Part shown: one piece after another, positions 47,944-58,680 of the stretch | Layout of the letters: each line of letters opens with the position of its first letter | How positions within the stretch are numbered: the first letter of the stretch is position 1 | Assembly (NCBI GenBank): GCA_965223865.1 | Contig: OZ245020.1 | Span: 1,600,001-1,664,000 of the forward strand | Source: Nitrosarchaeum sp. | Lineage (GTDB): Archaea; Thermoproteota; Nitrososphaeria; Nitrososphaerales; Nitrosopumilaceae | Reading direction: 5' to 3' | Length of the DNA: 64,000 nucleotides | The notes under the pieces: generated by a model | Told to the model about the DNA's origin: nothing | The model's database searches: none | Seen by the model: only the letters and a program-made list of their open reading frames with translations | Made by a program: the position numbers and the translations under genes

Positions 47944-48327
47944 ATGGCTATAAAAAGAAAAGCTGCAGCTAAACGTAGTTCAACACGAAAAGCTCCTGCA
48001 AGAAAAGCAGCTCCTAAGAGAAGAACTGCCGCAAAGAAAGCAGCTCCTAAGAGAAAAGCTCCTGCAAGAAAAGCAGCTCCTAAGAGAAGAACTGCCGCAA
48101 AGAAAGCAGCTCCTAAGAGAAAAGCTCCTGCAAGAAAAGCAGCTCCTAAGAGAAAAGCTCCTGCAAGAAAAGCAGCTCCTAAGAGAAGAACTGCCGCAAA
48201 GAAAGCAGCTCCTAAGAGAAAAGCTCCTGCAAGAAAAGCAGCTCCTAAGAGAAGAACTGCCGCAAAGAAAGCAGCTCCTAAGAGAAAAGCTCCTGCAAGA
48301 AAAGCAGCAGCAAAAAGAAGACGATAA
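47944..48327 (+). CDS. Histone H1-like (Hc2-like) basic repeat protein
   Basis: Ten 11-aa K/R/A/P repeats. Confidence 0.85.
   Translation: MAIKRKAAAKRSSTRKAPARKAAPKRRTAAKKAAPKRKAPARKAAPKRRTAAKKAAPKRKAPARKAAPKRKAPARKAAPKRRTAAKKAAPKRKAPARKAAPKRRTAAKKAAPKRKAPARKAAAKRRR
47989..48318 (+). repeat. Ten 33-bp coding repeats arranged (ABABA)x2
   Basis: A=KAPARKAAPKR, B=RTAAKKAAPKR; near-identical at DNA level. Confidence 0.9.
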
Positions 48328-48341
48328 ACTCGTCAAAAATT

Positions 48342-48380
48342 AACAATCGTCATGTAGTGACGGTTTGTTTTCCTTTTTCT
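48342..48380 (+). terminator. Hairpin plus T-run after the H1-like gene
   Basis: aacaatcgtca-tgtag-tgacggtttgtt followed by ttcctttttct. Confidence 0.5.
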
Positions 48381-48619
48381 AATTTCATTTTCAGTAAATG
48401 ATTATTTTCCGTGATTTCTATTATAATTTCAGCATATTAGTTTCAAAAATTATAAAATTCAAATTTTGTTACAACAATTTTTAAAAACTAGAATAGCAAA
48501 GACAAAAAAATTCTAAATAACCTTATTCTAATTGAAGGAAAGGTACAAGACAACCTCAGATAAAACAAATACAAAATACAAGTCATACTAAGGTATGAGA
48601 GATAAAATAAAATTCGATA

Positions 48620-48660
48620 TTTGTTAACTTAGTTAACAAAGTTAACAGAAAGACTATAAG
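48620..48660 (+). promoter_or_regulatory. Palindromic operator (3 x GTTAAC) next to a BRE/TATA-like box
   Basis: tttgttaact-t-agttaacaaa perfect inverted repeat (48620-48640), third GTTAAC at 48641, then gaaagactataag. Confidence 0.55.
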
Positions 48661-48934
48661 CAATAAATCGGAAATTTAATCATGAAAAGAACAAGAAAAG
48701 AAAATTTTGACAGAGAAACACTGTTAATGGGAATCATAGAAACAACAACAAACTAGTTGTCTTTTTTATTTAATTAATACCATTTACATTTCACAAATTT
48801 TACAAACAGTTTTTTCAAATCATACAAAGAGAACTTTTGACGATAGTAATTTGAAAATTAATTTTCTACAAAACCAATTAAACGTTATAAATGATTTGCC
48901 AAAAAATAAGCGGAATTTTATTTATTATTAAAAG

Positions 48935-49240
48935 CTAGCTGAACATTTGTTCTGGAGGCTTGGAATTTTTTTCCTTAAGTGATTTTTTCTGTACTGTAAA
49001 TTTTTTATCAGGAGGCGTGATTGATAACTTTACAGCAGTGTTTATTGCATAATGTGGAGTTCCATCAGGATTTACATAGTTGATAGCTTTTCCTGCTCTG
49101 TCTAAATCTACTTTAACTTTAACAATGGTCCCATCTTCTAATTCAAATGAAACAAATTCATTTTCCAGACGTTTGTAATCTAACATTTTAAATTCTATTT
49201 TTTCTTTTTCACTCATATTGTTTTCATCTTTTAATTCCAA
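48935..49240 (-). CDS. Hypothetical protein
   Basis: ORF abutting the collagen gene; FELEDGTIVKVK beta-rich motif. Confidence 0.7.
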   Translation of the reverse strand: MELKDENNMSEKEKIEFKMLDYKRLENEFVSFELEDGTIVKVKVDLDRAGKAINYVNPDGTPHYAINTAVKLSITPPDKKFTVQKKSLKEKNSKPPEQMFS

Positions 49241-50998
49241 TTAGTAAAGATAACTCATTAGTTTAATTTGCTCTTCAGTGGTGATGATGTTTTTGTTAGT
49301 TAAAATTTCAAGTAGTTCTTTGAATATTGCTTTTTGTTCAGATGACATACCTCCCGAAGGGCCTTTTTCACCAGGAGGGCCAGGAGGTCCTCGGGGACCA
49401 GCAGGACCAACTGGACCTTGTTCACCTGTTGGGCCTTGTTCTCCTAATGGACCTAGTGGACCTGTTGGGCCTCTTTCACCTTGTGGACCTTGAATTCCTT
49501 GTGGACCTTGTGGACCTTTTTCACCTGGAGGACCTGCAGCACCTCTTTCACCCTGCGGACCTTGTGGGCCTTGGGGACCTTTGTCACCAGCAGGACCAGG
49601 TAAACCTGTTGGGCCTTTTTCACCTGTTGGGCCTTGAGAACCTTTTTCACCTTTTTCCCCTTGAGGTCCAGGAACACCAGTTAGTCCTTTAGCTCCGGCA
49701 GGGCCTTGTGGACCTTGTGGACCTTTTTCTCCAAGCGGACCTTCAGGGCCTTTTGGGCCTTTGTCACCTACAGGACCAGGAGAGCCTACAGGACCCTTAT
49801 CCCCTACAGGGCCAGTGGGACCTGTTAATCCTTTATCGCCAGGTGGACCAAGCGGACCTACAGGGCCAGTGGGACCTGTTAATCCTTTGCCACCAGGAGG
49901 TCCAATTGGACCTTGTGGACCTTTTTCTCCGGCTGGTCCTACAGGACCTTTTTCACCAGCTGGTCCAGGAGGGCCTTGAATCCCCTTATCTCCCTGAATA
50001 CCAGTTTGACCAGTAGGGCCTTTTTCACCTGTTGGACCTTGGGTACCTGTTAATCCTTTATCGCCAGGTGGGCCTTGGGGACCTTTTTCACCTTTGTCGC
50101 CAGTTAAACCACGTGATCCAGTAAGACCTTTGTCTCCTGTTGGACCAGTTAATCCTTTTTCTCCCTTTTCTCCCACTGGTCCCTTTAGACCTTGTGGGCC
50201 TTTGTCACCAGGAGGACCAGTTGGGCCTTTTTCACCTTTGTCACCAACTGGACCTGTTGGGCCTTTTTCACCTTTGTCACCTTTATCTCCAGTAATTCCT
50301 TTATCCCCTGAAATACCCTTTTCACCAGGCAGACCTTTGTCACCAGGAGGTCCTTTGTCTCCAGTAGGTCCTTTGTCTCCTTTTTCGCCTACTGGCCCGG
50401 TTAGACCTTTGTCACCCTTGTCACCCTTGTCACCAGGAGGGCCAGTTGGACCTTTGTCACCTATGGGGCCTTGGGGGCCTATAGGACCAGATGGACCTTT
50501 GTCACCAGGTACACCAACAGGCCCAGTTGGACCTTTGTCACCTATGGGGCCTGGAGAGCCTTTGTCACCAGGAGGACCAGTTGGACCTTTGTCACCAGGA
50601 GGACCAGAAGTACCAATAGATCTAGTTTTTGGAATAGTTTTTTGTTTTGGTTCAGGTTTTGGTTCAGGTTTTGGTTTTCCACCTAAAGAAATATCAAAAA
50701 CAGAATATAATGTAGAAAAGAGATCAGTTACAACAATCCAAATTCTTTCTTGATTGTAAACAGAAGAAGGGATAGGATTTTCATTGGAACCTAGTGTTTC
50801 AGAAAAAACCCCATCTTTAACTCTAAGATGAAAATTTCCTCGCCATAATGATGAAAATTTCTTGGATCTAATACTCTCTTCAGATGGTTTTGATTCAGTT
50901 ATTGAGATTTGAACTTCAAATACGCCTGTTTGCCTAAATGGAGCCTGACCTTGAATTTGAATCCTTGGAGAAGACACAATCGTTTGTTTAAATTCCAA
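49241..50998 (-). CDS. Collagen-like protein (about 140 Gly-X-Y triplets)
   Basis: Uninterrupted GPx/GDK/GEK triplets between an N-terminal globular domain and a short C-terminal helix. Confidence 0.93.
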   Translation of the reverse strand: MEFKQTIVSSPRIQIQGQAPFRQTGVFEVQISITESKPSEESIRSKKFSSLWRGNFHLRVKDGVFSETLGSNENPIPSSVYNQERIWIVVTDLFSTLYSVFDISLGGKPKPEPKPEPKQKTIPKTRSIGTSGPPGDKGPTGPPGDKGSPGPIGDKGPTGPVGVPGDKGPSGPIGPQGPIGDKGPTGPPGDKGDKGDKGLTGPVGEKGDKGPTGDKGPPGDKGLPGEKGISGDKGITGDKGDKGEKGPTGPVGDKGEKGPTGPPGDKGPQGLKGPVGEKGEKGLTGPTGDKGLTGSRGLTGDKGEKGPQGPPGDKGLTGTQGPTGEKGPTGQTGIQGDKGIQGPPGPAGEKGPVGPAGEKGPQGPIGPPGGKGLTGPTGPVGPLGPPGDKGLTGPTGPVGDKGPVGSPGPVGDKGPKGPEGPLGEKGPQGPQGPAGAKGLTGVPGPQGEKGEKGSQGPTGEKGPTGLPGPAGDKGPQGPQGPQGERGAAGPPGEKGPQGPQGIQGPQGERGPTGPLGPLGEQGPTGEQGPVGPAGPRGPPGPPGEKGPSGGMSSEQKAIFKELLEILTNKNIITTEEQIKLMSYLY

Positions 50999-51053
50999 GT
51001 ATTTCTATATTTAGATCGATTTTATTGACTTGACCATACTTTGAATTTTATTA

Positions 51054-51197
51054 CTATTTTGTAGTCCTACGAAGTATCTCATTTATGACATGTGAGAAAC
51101 TTACACTTTTGTCTGATTTTTTAATCTGTTCTGCCTGAATTTTTCTTAACTTAGATGCCAAATCTTCATCTAACATTATGGTTATTCTTTTTGCCAT
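51054..51197 (-). CDS. Small ribbon-helix-helix-like protein (47 aa), copy 1
   Basis: Hand translation MAKRITIMLDEDLASKLRKIQAEQIKKSDKSVSFSHVINEILRRTTK; paralogue at 63243-63386. Confidence 0.8.
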   Translation of the reverse strand: MAKRITIMLDEDLASKLRKIQAEQIKKSDKSVSFSHVINEILRRTTK

Positions 51198-51617
51198 ATT
51201 CTATGAAAAAACTGAGTTCATATAATTATGAATGATATTTTCCGATGTTGGTTATCAAACTTAAAAATGGTTTTTCTAGGTCCATCACCCACCACCATGC
51301 TTAATCAACATATGCTTAGCTATCCATCAGGTAAAAAGCCTCTAGATTGTAAGAGTAAAATGATTTATGAATGAATAACCACAGTCAATAATTCTTAGAG
51401 ATCTTAGTGTCTGATTGAGTGTAATTGTGCCTGTTTTTCCAACATTTTTTTTGTAATTTTATCCGGTTTAATTTCCATGCTGGATTATATTCAAAGCACC
51501 ATTGAGGAGCAGCATTATTGCAATAATTTCTATATTTTCAAAGATTTTTTCGTAAATTTTAGAATTAGGCTCAATTCAGGATAGTATTTATCTAGATAAA
51601 ATGACAATCATGAGCTA

Positions 51618-52754
51618 GTGAAGAAACCATTTCAAAGAAAATCCAAAGAAAAGAAGAGCGAGGAACTCACGACAGAGTCCGAAGCGGAGAAGAAAGTAGA
51701 AGAGACTAGTCTTGTTGATTCAGATTATAATCGTAAAAAATTATTCAAAAAAGGTGTCAACCTCATGGCAGATGAAAAGCTTGAGGAGGCAGCAGTTGTT
51801 TTTGAACAAGCATTAAGAATAGATCCAAAAAATGTTGAAACTTTAATGAAATTAGGATATGCGAGATTCCATCTAGATGATCATGGAGAGGCACTCAAAA
51901 TTTATGATAAAATTTTAGATATTGATGTAACAAATCCGGAAGCTTGGAATCTTAAAGCTTTGGTGCATTATGAACAACAAAATTATGCTAAAGCACTGGA
52001 TTCAGTGGAGAAGGCCATTGAGTCTGATCCGACTTACGGGATGGCATGGTATAACAAAGCATGTTATTTGTCATTACTAAATCAAGTTCCAGAATCTCTA
52101 GAAGCATTAAAACGTTCAATTGAAATCGATGTAAAAAATGCTAGAAAGTCAGTAAGAGATAAAGATTTTGTAAATGTAAGAAGAGAAGAAGCATACAAGA
52201 GAATTAATGAAGTGGTAGTTTTAGAATCAGTCAGACAAGGATACCACACATTAGGAGCAATTGTATGGACTACATTTCTTGATAAAGCAGATGCAGACAA
52301 TGCAATTAAAAAATTACTAGAAAAAGGATTAATCATTCAAAATGAAAAACGTGATGGTCTGAGTAAAATTCCAGTATATGATCTTGCAGCAGACGTTGCA
52401 AAAAAAATTGGCAAAGAGAAGAAAGGATTATTTGGAATTACGAGAAAAACATTACCAACTCCTGTAAAGAATCTCAAAGAACTGAGTCATGCAATTCAAT
52501 CAGTTAAAGAATCAATAGAAAATGAAGACGTAGAAAAAACAATGGATACCTTTGAAGAATTCATTGATCCAACAAAATCAGGAGAGCAGATGATTGAACA
52601 ATTCTTTGATGAGCACAGGGAAATAAGATTATGGAAAATTAGACTCAAAGACAAAGGAGAAGATTATTTGATTGAAAATAAAGGCAAAATGTTAAGTTTG
52701 TTTGAAAATATTGAAGTCACCATTACTAAAAAACTAAGAAGTGAGATTTCATAA
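51618..52754 (+). CDS. Tetratricopeptide repeat protein
   Basis: Several TPR motifs (ALRIDPKNVE, AWNLKA, AWYNKA). Confidence 0.9.
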   Translation: MKKPFQRKSKEKKSEELTTESEAEKKVEETSLVDSDYNRKKLFKKGVNLMADEKLEEAAVVFEQALRIDPKNVETLMKLGYARFHLDDHGEALKIYDKILDIDVTNPEAWNLKALVHYEQQNYAKALDSVEKAIESDPTYGMAWYNKACYLSLLNQVPESLEALKRSIEIDVKNARKSVRDKDFVNVRREEAYKRINEVVVLESVRQGYHTLGAIVWTTFLDKADADNAIKKLLEKGLIIQNEKRDGLSKIPVYDLAADVAKKIGKEKKGLFGITRKTLPTPVKNLKELSHAIQSVKESIENEDVEKTMDTFEEFIDPTKSGEQMIEQFFDEHREIRLWKIRLKDKGEDYLIENKGKMLSLFENIEVTITKKLRSEIS

Positions 52755-53567
52755 TTATTCAGCAGACAAATCCCAATAACTTGCATCCTCTTGTTTTTCT
52801 GTAGGTTTTTTCAAATTTTTCCATTCTTTAAAAGAACGAACATATAATTTGACATTGGGTAAGCCTACAGATTTTAGTGCATAATAAGCCAAACCTGAAA
52901 GAGTTCCTACACTTCCACAATATGTGATGATTTCAGAATCTCCAGAAACACCTCGATTTTCCAGCAATCTCTTCATGTCTTCTTTGGATCGTAAAATTTT
53001 ATCATTTGTTGAAAGAGTTCTATATGGAAGACTAACTGCACCTGGAATATGTTGTTCTAGATAGTTCAATCTCTCTCTATTGTCAATGAGTAAAACATCT
53101 TCTTTTTCTTTTGATTTTTCTAAATAATCAGACGTTGCAAGAATTTCCGGATTGAGGTTTAACGAATGCTGTTTGCTTTGAATTTCTGGATTTTTAGCAT
53201 CATTTTCTAATCCAAGTGATTTCCACTTGCTGTAGGTGGTTTCAAGTAAAGAAACATCAGAATGGCCAATGTATTCTAATGTCCACGCAACACGAGATGC
53301 AAGGGCTCCAAAGGTGTCATCATAAACTACAACAGATGTTTCATCATCAATACCTAAAGAGTTGAATAATTTTAAAACGCGTTCTGGGCGGTCATCAGAC
53401 AGAAGATTTGCTAAAGGAAGATTGACAGCTGTTGGTATATGATTTTGTTTATAATCGTCTTCACGTCTTACATCAATTACACGTACGCTCTTATCTCGAA
53501 TTTCTGATCTTAGTGAATCAATATCAACAGTAGTTTTGATACTTTTTCCTTGACTCAAGCTGCACAT
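52755..53567 (-). CDS. Tandem rhodanese sulfurtransferase
   Basis: IDVR...HIPTAV, VVYDD, HIPGA, YCGSVG, SFKEW. Confidence 0.92.
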   Translation of the reverse strand: MCSLSQGKSIKTTVDIDSLRSEIRDKSVRVIDVRREDDYKQNHIPTAVNLPLANLLSDDRPERVLKLFNSLGIDDETSVVVYDDTFGALASRVAWTLEYIGHSDVSLLETTYSKWKSLGLENDAKNPEIQSKQHSLNLNPEILATSDYLEKSKEKEDVLLIDNRERLNYLEQHIPGAVSLPYRTLSTNDKILRSKEDMKRLLENRGVSGDSEIITYCGSVGTLSGLAYYALKSVGLPNVKLYVRSFKEWKNLKKPTEKQEDASYWDLSAE

Positions 53568-55363
53568 TCACCTTTACCAGTCTTTGTATGATAGCTAGTA
53601 TCACTTCCATAATCAGAGTAAAAGTCTGGATCGTCTTCTTTGGTAGGAGGAATTGTGAGAGGTTCTAATATTTTTCTCAAATCATTAACAGATTTAATTT
53701 CAGAGTCTTCTTTGTCATTTACAATTCTATGAATCCACTCCTTGAGGGTATCGTCAGGTTTTTTATTCTCTTTAAAGAGCTCAATAATTTTCAAAATTGT
53801 AGGAATGACTCTTTTTGCAGGAACTCTAGTACAAGTTATTCCAAGCATTGTTTCCCCGTCTGAGCGTCCTCCTAAGGACATTTGGTAGTTTGGATACATC
53901 TCCCTGCCAACTCGTGCTCCACCACCAAAGAATCCGATAGTAGCAATACCATGTTGACCACAAGAGTTTGGACATCCACTAATCTTAATTGAGGAATCAT
54001 GTAGGTCATCATCCTCATCTAGTTTAAGTTCCAAGAATTTTCTCTGAATTTCCTTTGCTAATCTATGAGAATTAGTCAAGGCTAGATTACAAGATGTAGT
54101 GCCCGAACAACCAATAGGCGCAGTCATAGTTAAAGCACCAGATTTTGCAAGACCGATTTCAAGTAATTTAGAATACAATTTTGGTAAATCATCTTCATGA
54201 ACATATCTCAAGGCAATATTTTGGTTAAAGCCAGATCTTGCCTTTCCTTCAGATGAAAAATCTCTAATAAATTCTGCTAATGTGGAAAGCTGATTTGCAG
54301 TAATATCTCCAGCTTCCAATGTAATAAACACTGAACGATAGTCAGATTGTTTTTGTTTTACGGTATTTGTTTTAAGCCATCTTGCATAACCATCAGGTGT
54401 TGGATTTCCTCTCTCATCAGTAATTCGTATTGGTCTTTTGATTTCAGAAAGAGAATCATCAAGATCAAGATGAGTAATTACAGACTGGGTTGCTCTAACA
54501 ATTGCTCGTTCTTTGAGAACAAGATTTTTGAATTTTTCCCATCCCATGTCATTAACAAGATAACGCATTCTGTTTCTTGCAAGATTTTTTCTGTCACCAA
54601 GTCTATCAAAAATTCTCATAACAGCAATTGAAGTATACAGGAGGTCTTCTTCAGGAGTAAATTCTTCTAGTTGATGACCAACAAAGGAACGATTACCCAA
54701 ACCTCCACCTAAGAAAATTTTGAATCCTTTTTGTTTAGAACCATCAATTTCTTTTATCTGTGGAATCAATCCCACATCCACCATTCTTACCATTCCATGT
54801 TTTTCACAACAGGTAAAATTGAATTTGAATTTTCTTGGAAGGCTTTGAGCCATAGGGTTTCGCAAAAAGAATTTTGCAGTTGCAAGTGCATAAGGAGTTG
54901 AATCAAACTCTTCATCAGGACAAACTCCAGACAAAGGACTGCACATCACATTTCTAACAGAATTTCCACATGCTTCTCTAGAGGTAAGGCCAACTTCGGC
55001 AAGACCTCTAAAAATTTCCGAAACGTCTTCTAAAATGACCCAATGTAATTGGATATTTTCTCTTGTTGAAAAATGAGCACTGCCAATAGAAAATTGTTCA
55101 CTGAGTTGAGAAATCTTTTCAAGTTGATGAGGATAAACCTCTCCTGCAGGCAACTTGATTCGAACCATTGCATAATCACTAGTCATTCTTGTACCATATG
55201 CACCATGTTGAAGTCTATACCTCCGAAAACTATCATCATCATATTTTCCTTGACGATATAGTTTTACGGTTTTTGCAAAGTCTTCTGCTTCTTCGGTTTT
55301 AGCCCAATTGATTTTTGGTTTTACAGAATCAGGACGTGACTGCTTAAGATCAGATACTGTCAA
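53555..55363 (-). CDS. Ferredoxin-dependent nitrite/sulfite reductase (siroheme)
   Basis: STRENIQ, LPRKFK, CSGTTSC, ISGCPNSCGQH. Confidence 0.93.
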   Translation of the reverse strand: MTVSDLKQSRPDSVKPKINWAKTEEAEDFAKTVKLYRQGKYDDDSFRRYRLQHGAYGTRMTSDYAMVRIKLPAGEVYPHQLEKISQLSEQFSIGSAHFSTRENIQLHWVILEDVSEIFRGLAEVGLTSREACGNSVRNVMCSPLSGVCPDEEFDSTPYALATAKFFLRNPMAQSLPRKFKFNFTCCEKHGMVRMVDVGLIPQIKEIDGSKQKGFKIFLGGGLGNRSFVGHQLEEFTPEEDLLYTSIAVMRIFDRLGDRKNLARNRMRYLVNDMGWEKFKNLVLKERAIVRATQSVITHLDLDDSLSEIKRPIRITDERGNPTPDGYARWLKTNTVKQKQSDYRSVFITLEAGDITANQLSTLAEFIRDFSSEGKARSGFNQNIALRYVHEDDLPKLYSKLLEIGLAKSGALTMTAPIGCSGTTSCNLALTNSHRLAKEIQRKFLELKLDEDDDLHDSSIKISGCPNSCGQHGIATIGFFGGGARVGREMYPNYQMSLGGRSDGETMLGITCTRVPAKRVIPTILKIIELFKENKKPDDTLKEWIHRIVNDKEDSEIKSVNDLRKILEPLTIPPTKEDDPDFYSDYGSDTSYHTKTGKGECAA

Positions 55364-55546
55364 TACAAGAAAGGTCCTTTGAGTTGTGATATAAATTTTT
55401 GATAAAGGGAGGTTTTAGGATGTAAATTTTCAAGAGAGGGCTTAATTTTCCTATATACAGATTCCCAGGTTATCCTTTTTGAGAATTATTAGTTTATCCT
55501 AATTTATTGAGGGAAAGTATTAATGGGTTCTAAGCAAAAATTTGCC

Positions 55547-56365
55547 ATGCAAAAAGCTACAGTTGCAGAACAATCATCAAAGATATTTACCGAAGTTCGT
55601 GAAGTTGAAATCACACGCGCTATAGCTAATGAATTTCATTCAGTTTTGGTAGACAGAGCTGAATCAGATGTAATTATTATTGGTGCAGGACCTGCAGGAT
55701 TAACTGCAAGTCGTGAATTATCCAACAGAGGATTCAAAGTGTTAGTAATTGAACAGAACAATTACCTAGGCGGAGGATATTGGCTTGGAGGATACATGAT
55801 GAATCCTGTAACAGTTAGAGAACCAGCTCAAAAAATATGGGATGAGTTAGGAGTACCATACAAAAAAGTTGGTGAAGGGCTATACCTCACACCAGGCCCA
55901 CACGCAGTTTCAAAATTAATTGCAGGAGCCTGTGATGCAGGAGTAAAATTCCTAAACCTTACAAAATTTGACGATCTTGTTTTGAAAAGAGGCAGAGTAG
56001 CAGGAATTGTTGTCAATTGGATGCCAGTTTCAGCTTTGCCAAGGAATATCACCTGTGTAGATCCTGTAGCATTTGAAGCAAAAATGATTATCGATGCATC
56101 AGGGCACGATTCAGTTGCAGTAAAAAGACTTGTGGATAGAGGACTAGTAGAATGGAAAGGAATGAATCCAATGTATGTAGATGAAGGAGAAGAGCACGTA
56201 GTTGAAAAAACAGGTGAAATTTACCCAGGATTAATTGCTGCAGGAATGTCAGTTACCGAAACACATGGATTGGCAAGAATGGGACCAACATTTGGCTCTA
56301 TGCTGTATTCAGGAAAAAGAGCAGCAGAAATTGCAGCAGAAAAAATCAAAGAGTTAGAAAGATAA
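55547..56365 (+). CDS. thi4: Thiazole synthase Thi4
   Basis: GAGPAGL, GGGYWLGG, TCVDP, DASGHD, RMGPTFGSM. Confidence 0.93.
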   Translation: MQKATVAEQSSKIFTEVREVEITRAIANEFHSVLVDRAESDVIIIGAGPAGLTASRELSNRGFKVLVIEQNNYLGGGYWLGGYMMNPVTVREPAQKIWDELGVPYKKVGEGLYLTPGPHAVSKLIAGACDAGVKFLNLTKFDDLVLKRGRVAGIVVNWMPVSALPRNITCVDPVAFEAKMIIDASGHDSVAVKRLVDRGLVEWKGMNPMYVDEGEEHVVEKTGEIYPGLIAAGMSVTETHGLARMGPTFGSMLYSGKRAAEIAAEKIKELER

Positions 56366-56388
56366 AGAATCAATTTTATTTTGATTCA

Positions 56389-57159
56389 TTGAAAATATCT
56401 AGAATTATTTTCTACGACGAACCATCAGTTCCACAAATTAATCTAGACAATTTGATAGAGTTTACATTTAATACAACAGGGATCATGCCAGAAAAAAGAA
56501 AGTCCATACTCACCTATGGCAATGATAAAACTCCTGAAGAGATTGCAGCTACTAGAATCTTCAAGTTGAGTATTCCATATAGGAAACACATACCAACCAT
56601 TGAAGAAATAGAATTTGAAAAAAAGAACATCATAGATACTTCTTCAAATCAAAACATCACATACTATGATGGATTTGAGTTACAAAATGTTCTAGGAAAA
56701 ATAATTTCAAAAGAAGAATTAAGAGAAGAGATATTTCATGTGATTTTTACAAATAAATTAACATGCACCTACGATTATAGTGATTATCGTTATCACGGAA
56801 GAGCACTGATTGCAACAAATCCTTCAATAATTTCCACAACAGGGATCATTGAGGCTCCAGCAAAACCTCGAGAATATTATATGGAATTAATCACAAAATC
56901 AAGACAAGGAGTAAATTTAGATATACTTAAAGAAAAATACAAAGGAAGATTCTTAGAATATCATGATTCTAGATTATCAAAAATTATTGAAGGGTATTTT
57001 TTACAAGCATTATTTTATTATGAAACAACAGAACCATTTTGCTCAAACAAAGAATGTCGATTGTTTAATGCACATTGGCAAAAAGATCTTTTGCACTCAC
57101 AATTAGAAATAGGTAGGCTTTGTCAAGATCATCAAATGTTATTAGAAAAATTGATATGA
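56389..57159 (+). CDS. Conserved hypothetical protein (DUF6775-like putative metallopeptidase)
   Basis: DYRYHGR, EAPAKP, FC...CRLFNAHWQ...LC..H. Confidence 0.7.
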   Translation: MKISRIIFYDEPSVPQINLDNLIEFTFNTTGIMPEKRKSILTYGNDKTPEEIAATRIFKLSIPYRKHIPTIEEIEFEKKNIIDTSSNQNITYYDGFELQNVLGKIISKEELREEIFHVIFTNKLTCTYDYSDYRYHGRALIATNPSIISTTGIIEAPAKPREYYMELITKSRQGVNLDILKEKYKGRFLEYHDSRLSKIIEGYFLQALFYYETTEPFCSNKECRLFNAHWQKDLLHSQLEIGRLCQDHQMLLEKLI

Positions 57160-57420
57160 AATTTGATCAAATGGATTAAACTAGCGTTTTTTATGAGTAC
57201 TTTTTACTTCATCTAAATCTTTGATCATCCATATGAGCAATTCAACTTCGTGTTTATCTAGATTTTCAATCTCATTAATTTTTTTAATTATTAGCGAATT
57301 TGTAGGAGATAATTGGTGGTTATCAATTATTTGAAAATCAGAATGATAAAATCTAGTATTATTTACTACCAATTTTCTAATATTATGACTTAAATTATTG
57401 AAATTAAGAGAAAACATGAC

Positions 57421-58413
57421 ATGATGGCAGCAGATGCAGGTGCAACGGTTCTGGAAAACAAAGATGAAGACATAAAGATGCCAGACAAAAAAAAGACAAA
57501 ATTTGATGTCATAATTATTGGTGCAGGTCCTTCTGGATACACTGCAGGAATTTATTGTTCAAGGGCAGGATATGACACTCTAATTCTTTCAGGCATTTTA
57601 CCTGGAGGACAGTTAGTAAATACAACAGAGGTTGAAAACTATCCAGGATTTGAAAATGGGATTATGGGTCCAGATTTAATGATTGAGATGAGAAAACAGA
57701 CCCAAAGAATGGGCACTACAATTGTAGATGATGAGGCAGTAAATGTAGATTTTAGACGTCAACCATTCAAAGTTTTAACAGCATCCGAAGAATACGAAGG
57801 TAGAGCAGTAATCATTGCAACTGGTGCAAATCCAAAAAAAATAGGTTTAGAAGGAGAACAGACATTTGGAGGAAAGGGGGTATCATATTGTGCAACTTGT
57901 GATGGGCCCTTCTTTAGAAATCAAGAACTAATTGTGGTAGGAGGTGGAGACTCTGCAATAGAGGAGGCAACTTTTCTCACTAAATTTGCAACCACAGTAC
58001 ATCTGATTCATAGAAGAGACGAATTACGTGCCAGTAAAGTAATGCAGGATAGAGCATTTAACAATGAAAAGATCAAGTTTCATTGGGATTCTGCAGTAAT
58101 TGATATCAAAGGAGATCAAAAAATGCAACAAGCAGTGATAAAGAACCTCAAAACAGGAGAGAGAAAAACACTTGATGCAGGAGGACTCTTTGTAGCTATA
58201 GGACATGAGCCTAATACAAAGCTCTTTGTAAATCAAATTGATTTAGATGAGGAAGGATACATCATTTTGAAGAATAAAACAAAGACAAACATTGAGGGTG
58301 TTTTTGCTGCAGGAGATGTACATGATCGAAGTTATAGACAAGCAATTACTGCAGCAGGATTCGGATGTATGGCAGCAATAGATGTCGACAAATATCTCAC
58401 TGGAAGTTCTTAA
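57421..58413 (+). CDS. trxB: Thioredoxin-disulfide reductase
   Basis: GAGPSG, VENYPG, CATCDG, GGGDSA, AAGD. Confidence 0.96.
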   Translation: MMAADAGATVLENKDEDIKMPDKKKTKFDVIIIGAGPSGYTAGIYCSRAGYDTLILSGILPGGQLVNTTEVENYPGFENGIMGPDLMIEMRKQTQRMGTTIVDDEAVNVDFRRQPFKVLTASEEYEGRAVIIATGANPKKIGLEGEQTFGGKGVSYCATCDGPFFRNQELIVVGGGDSAIEEATFLTKFATTVHLIHRRDELRASKVMQDRAFNNEKIKFHWDSAVIDIKGDQKMQQAVIKNLKTGERKTLDAGGLFVAIGHEPNTKLFVNQIDLDEEGYIILKNKTKTNIEGVFAAGDVHDRSYRQAITAAGFGCMAAIDVDKYLTGSS

Positions 58414-58680
58414 TCACAACTTGATTGTATAAATGAATAAAAATGTTCAATGCATCATAGATTACAAAAGATTTCAAGAAAAGAAAATTCACACTATACA
58501 ACAATTTCAATAGAAAGGAACCAAATTATCAATTGACTAGGAAATTTCTACACACATTAAAGATTGGATAGTACTCACTAGGAAGGATTCATAAAGTATT
58601 ATGCAGAAATTCCAGATAACACTTGAAAAGATTACGAAAAATAATTATAAACTTTTTTGTTGTCAAAAAGATGAAAATTT

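Noticed and set aside
47980-48336. Cys/Ser-rich antisense ORF
   Set aside because: Reverse-strand shadow of the H1-like repeats.
49278-50753. Several plus-strand Pro/Gly-rich ORFs
   Set aside because: Antisense shadows of the collagen Gly-X-Y repeats.
57181-57417. 78-aa minus ORF between the DUF6775-like gene and trxB
   Set aside because: AT-rich, no motif, occupies the trxB promoter region; cannot be supported.
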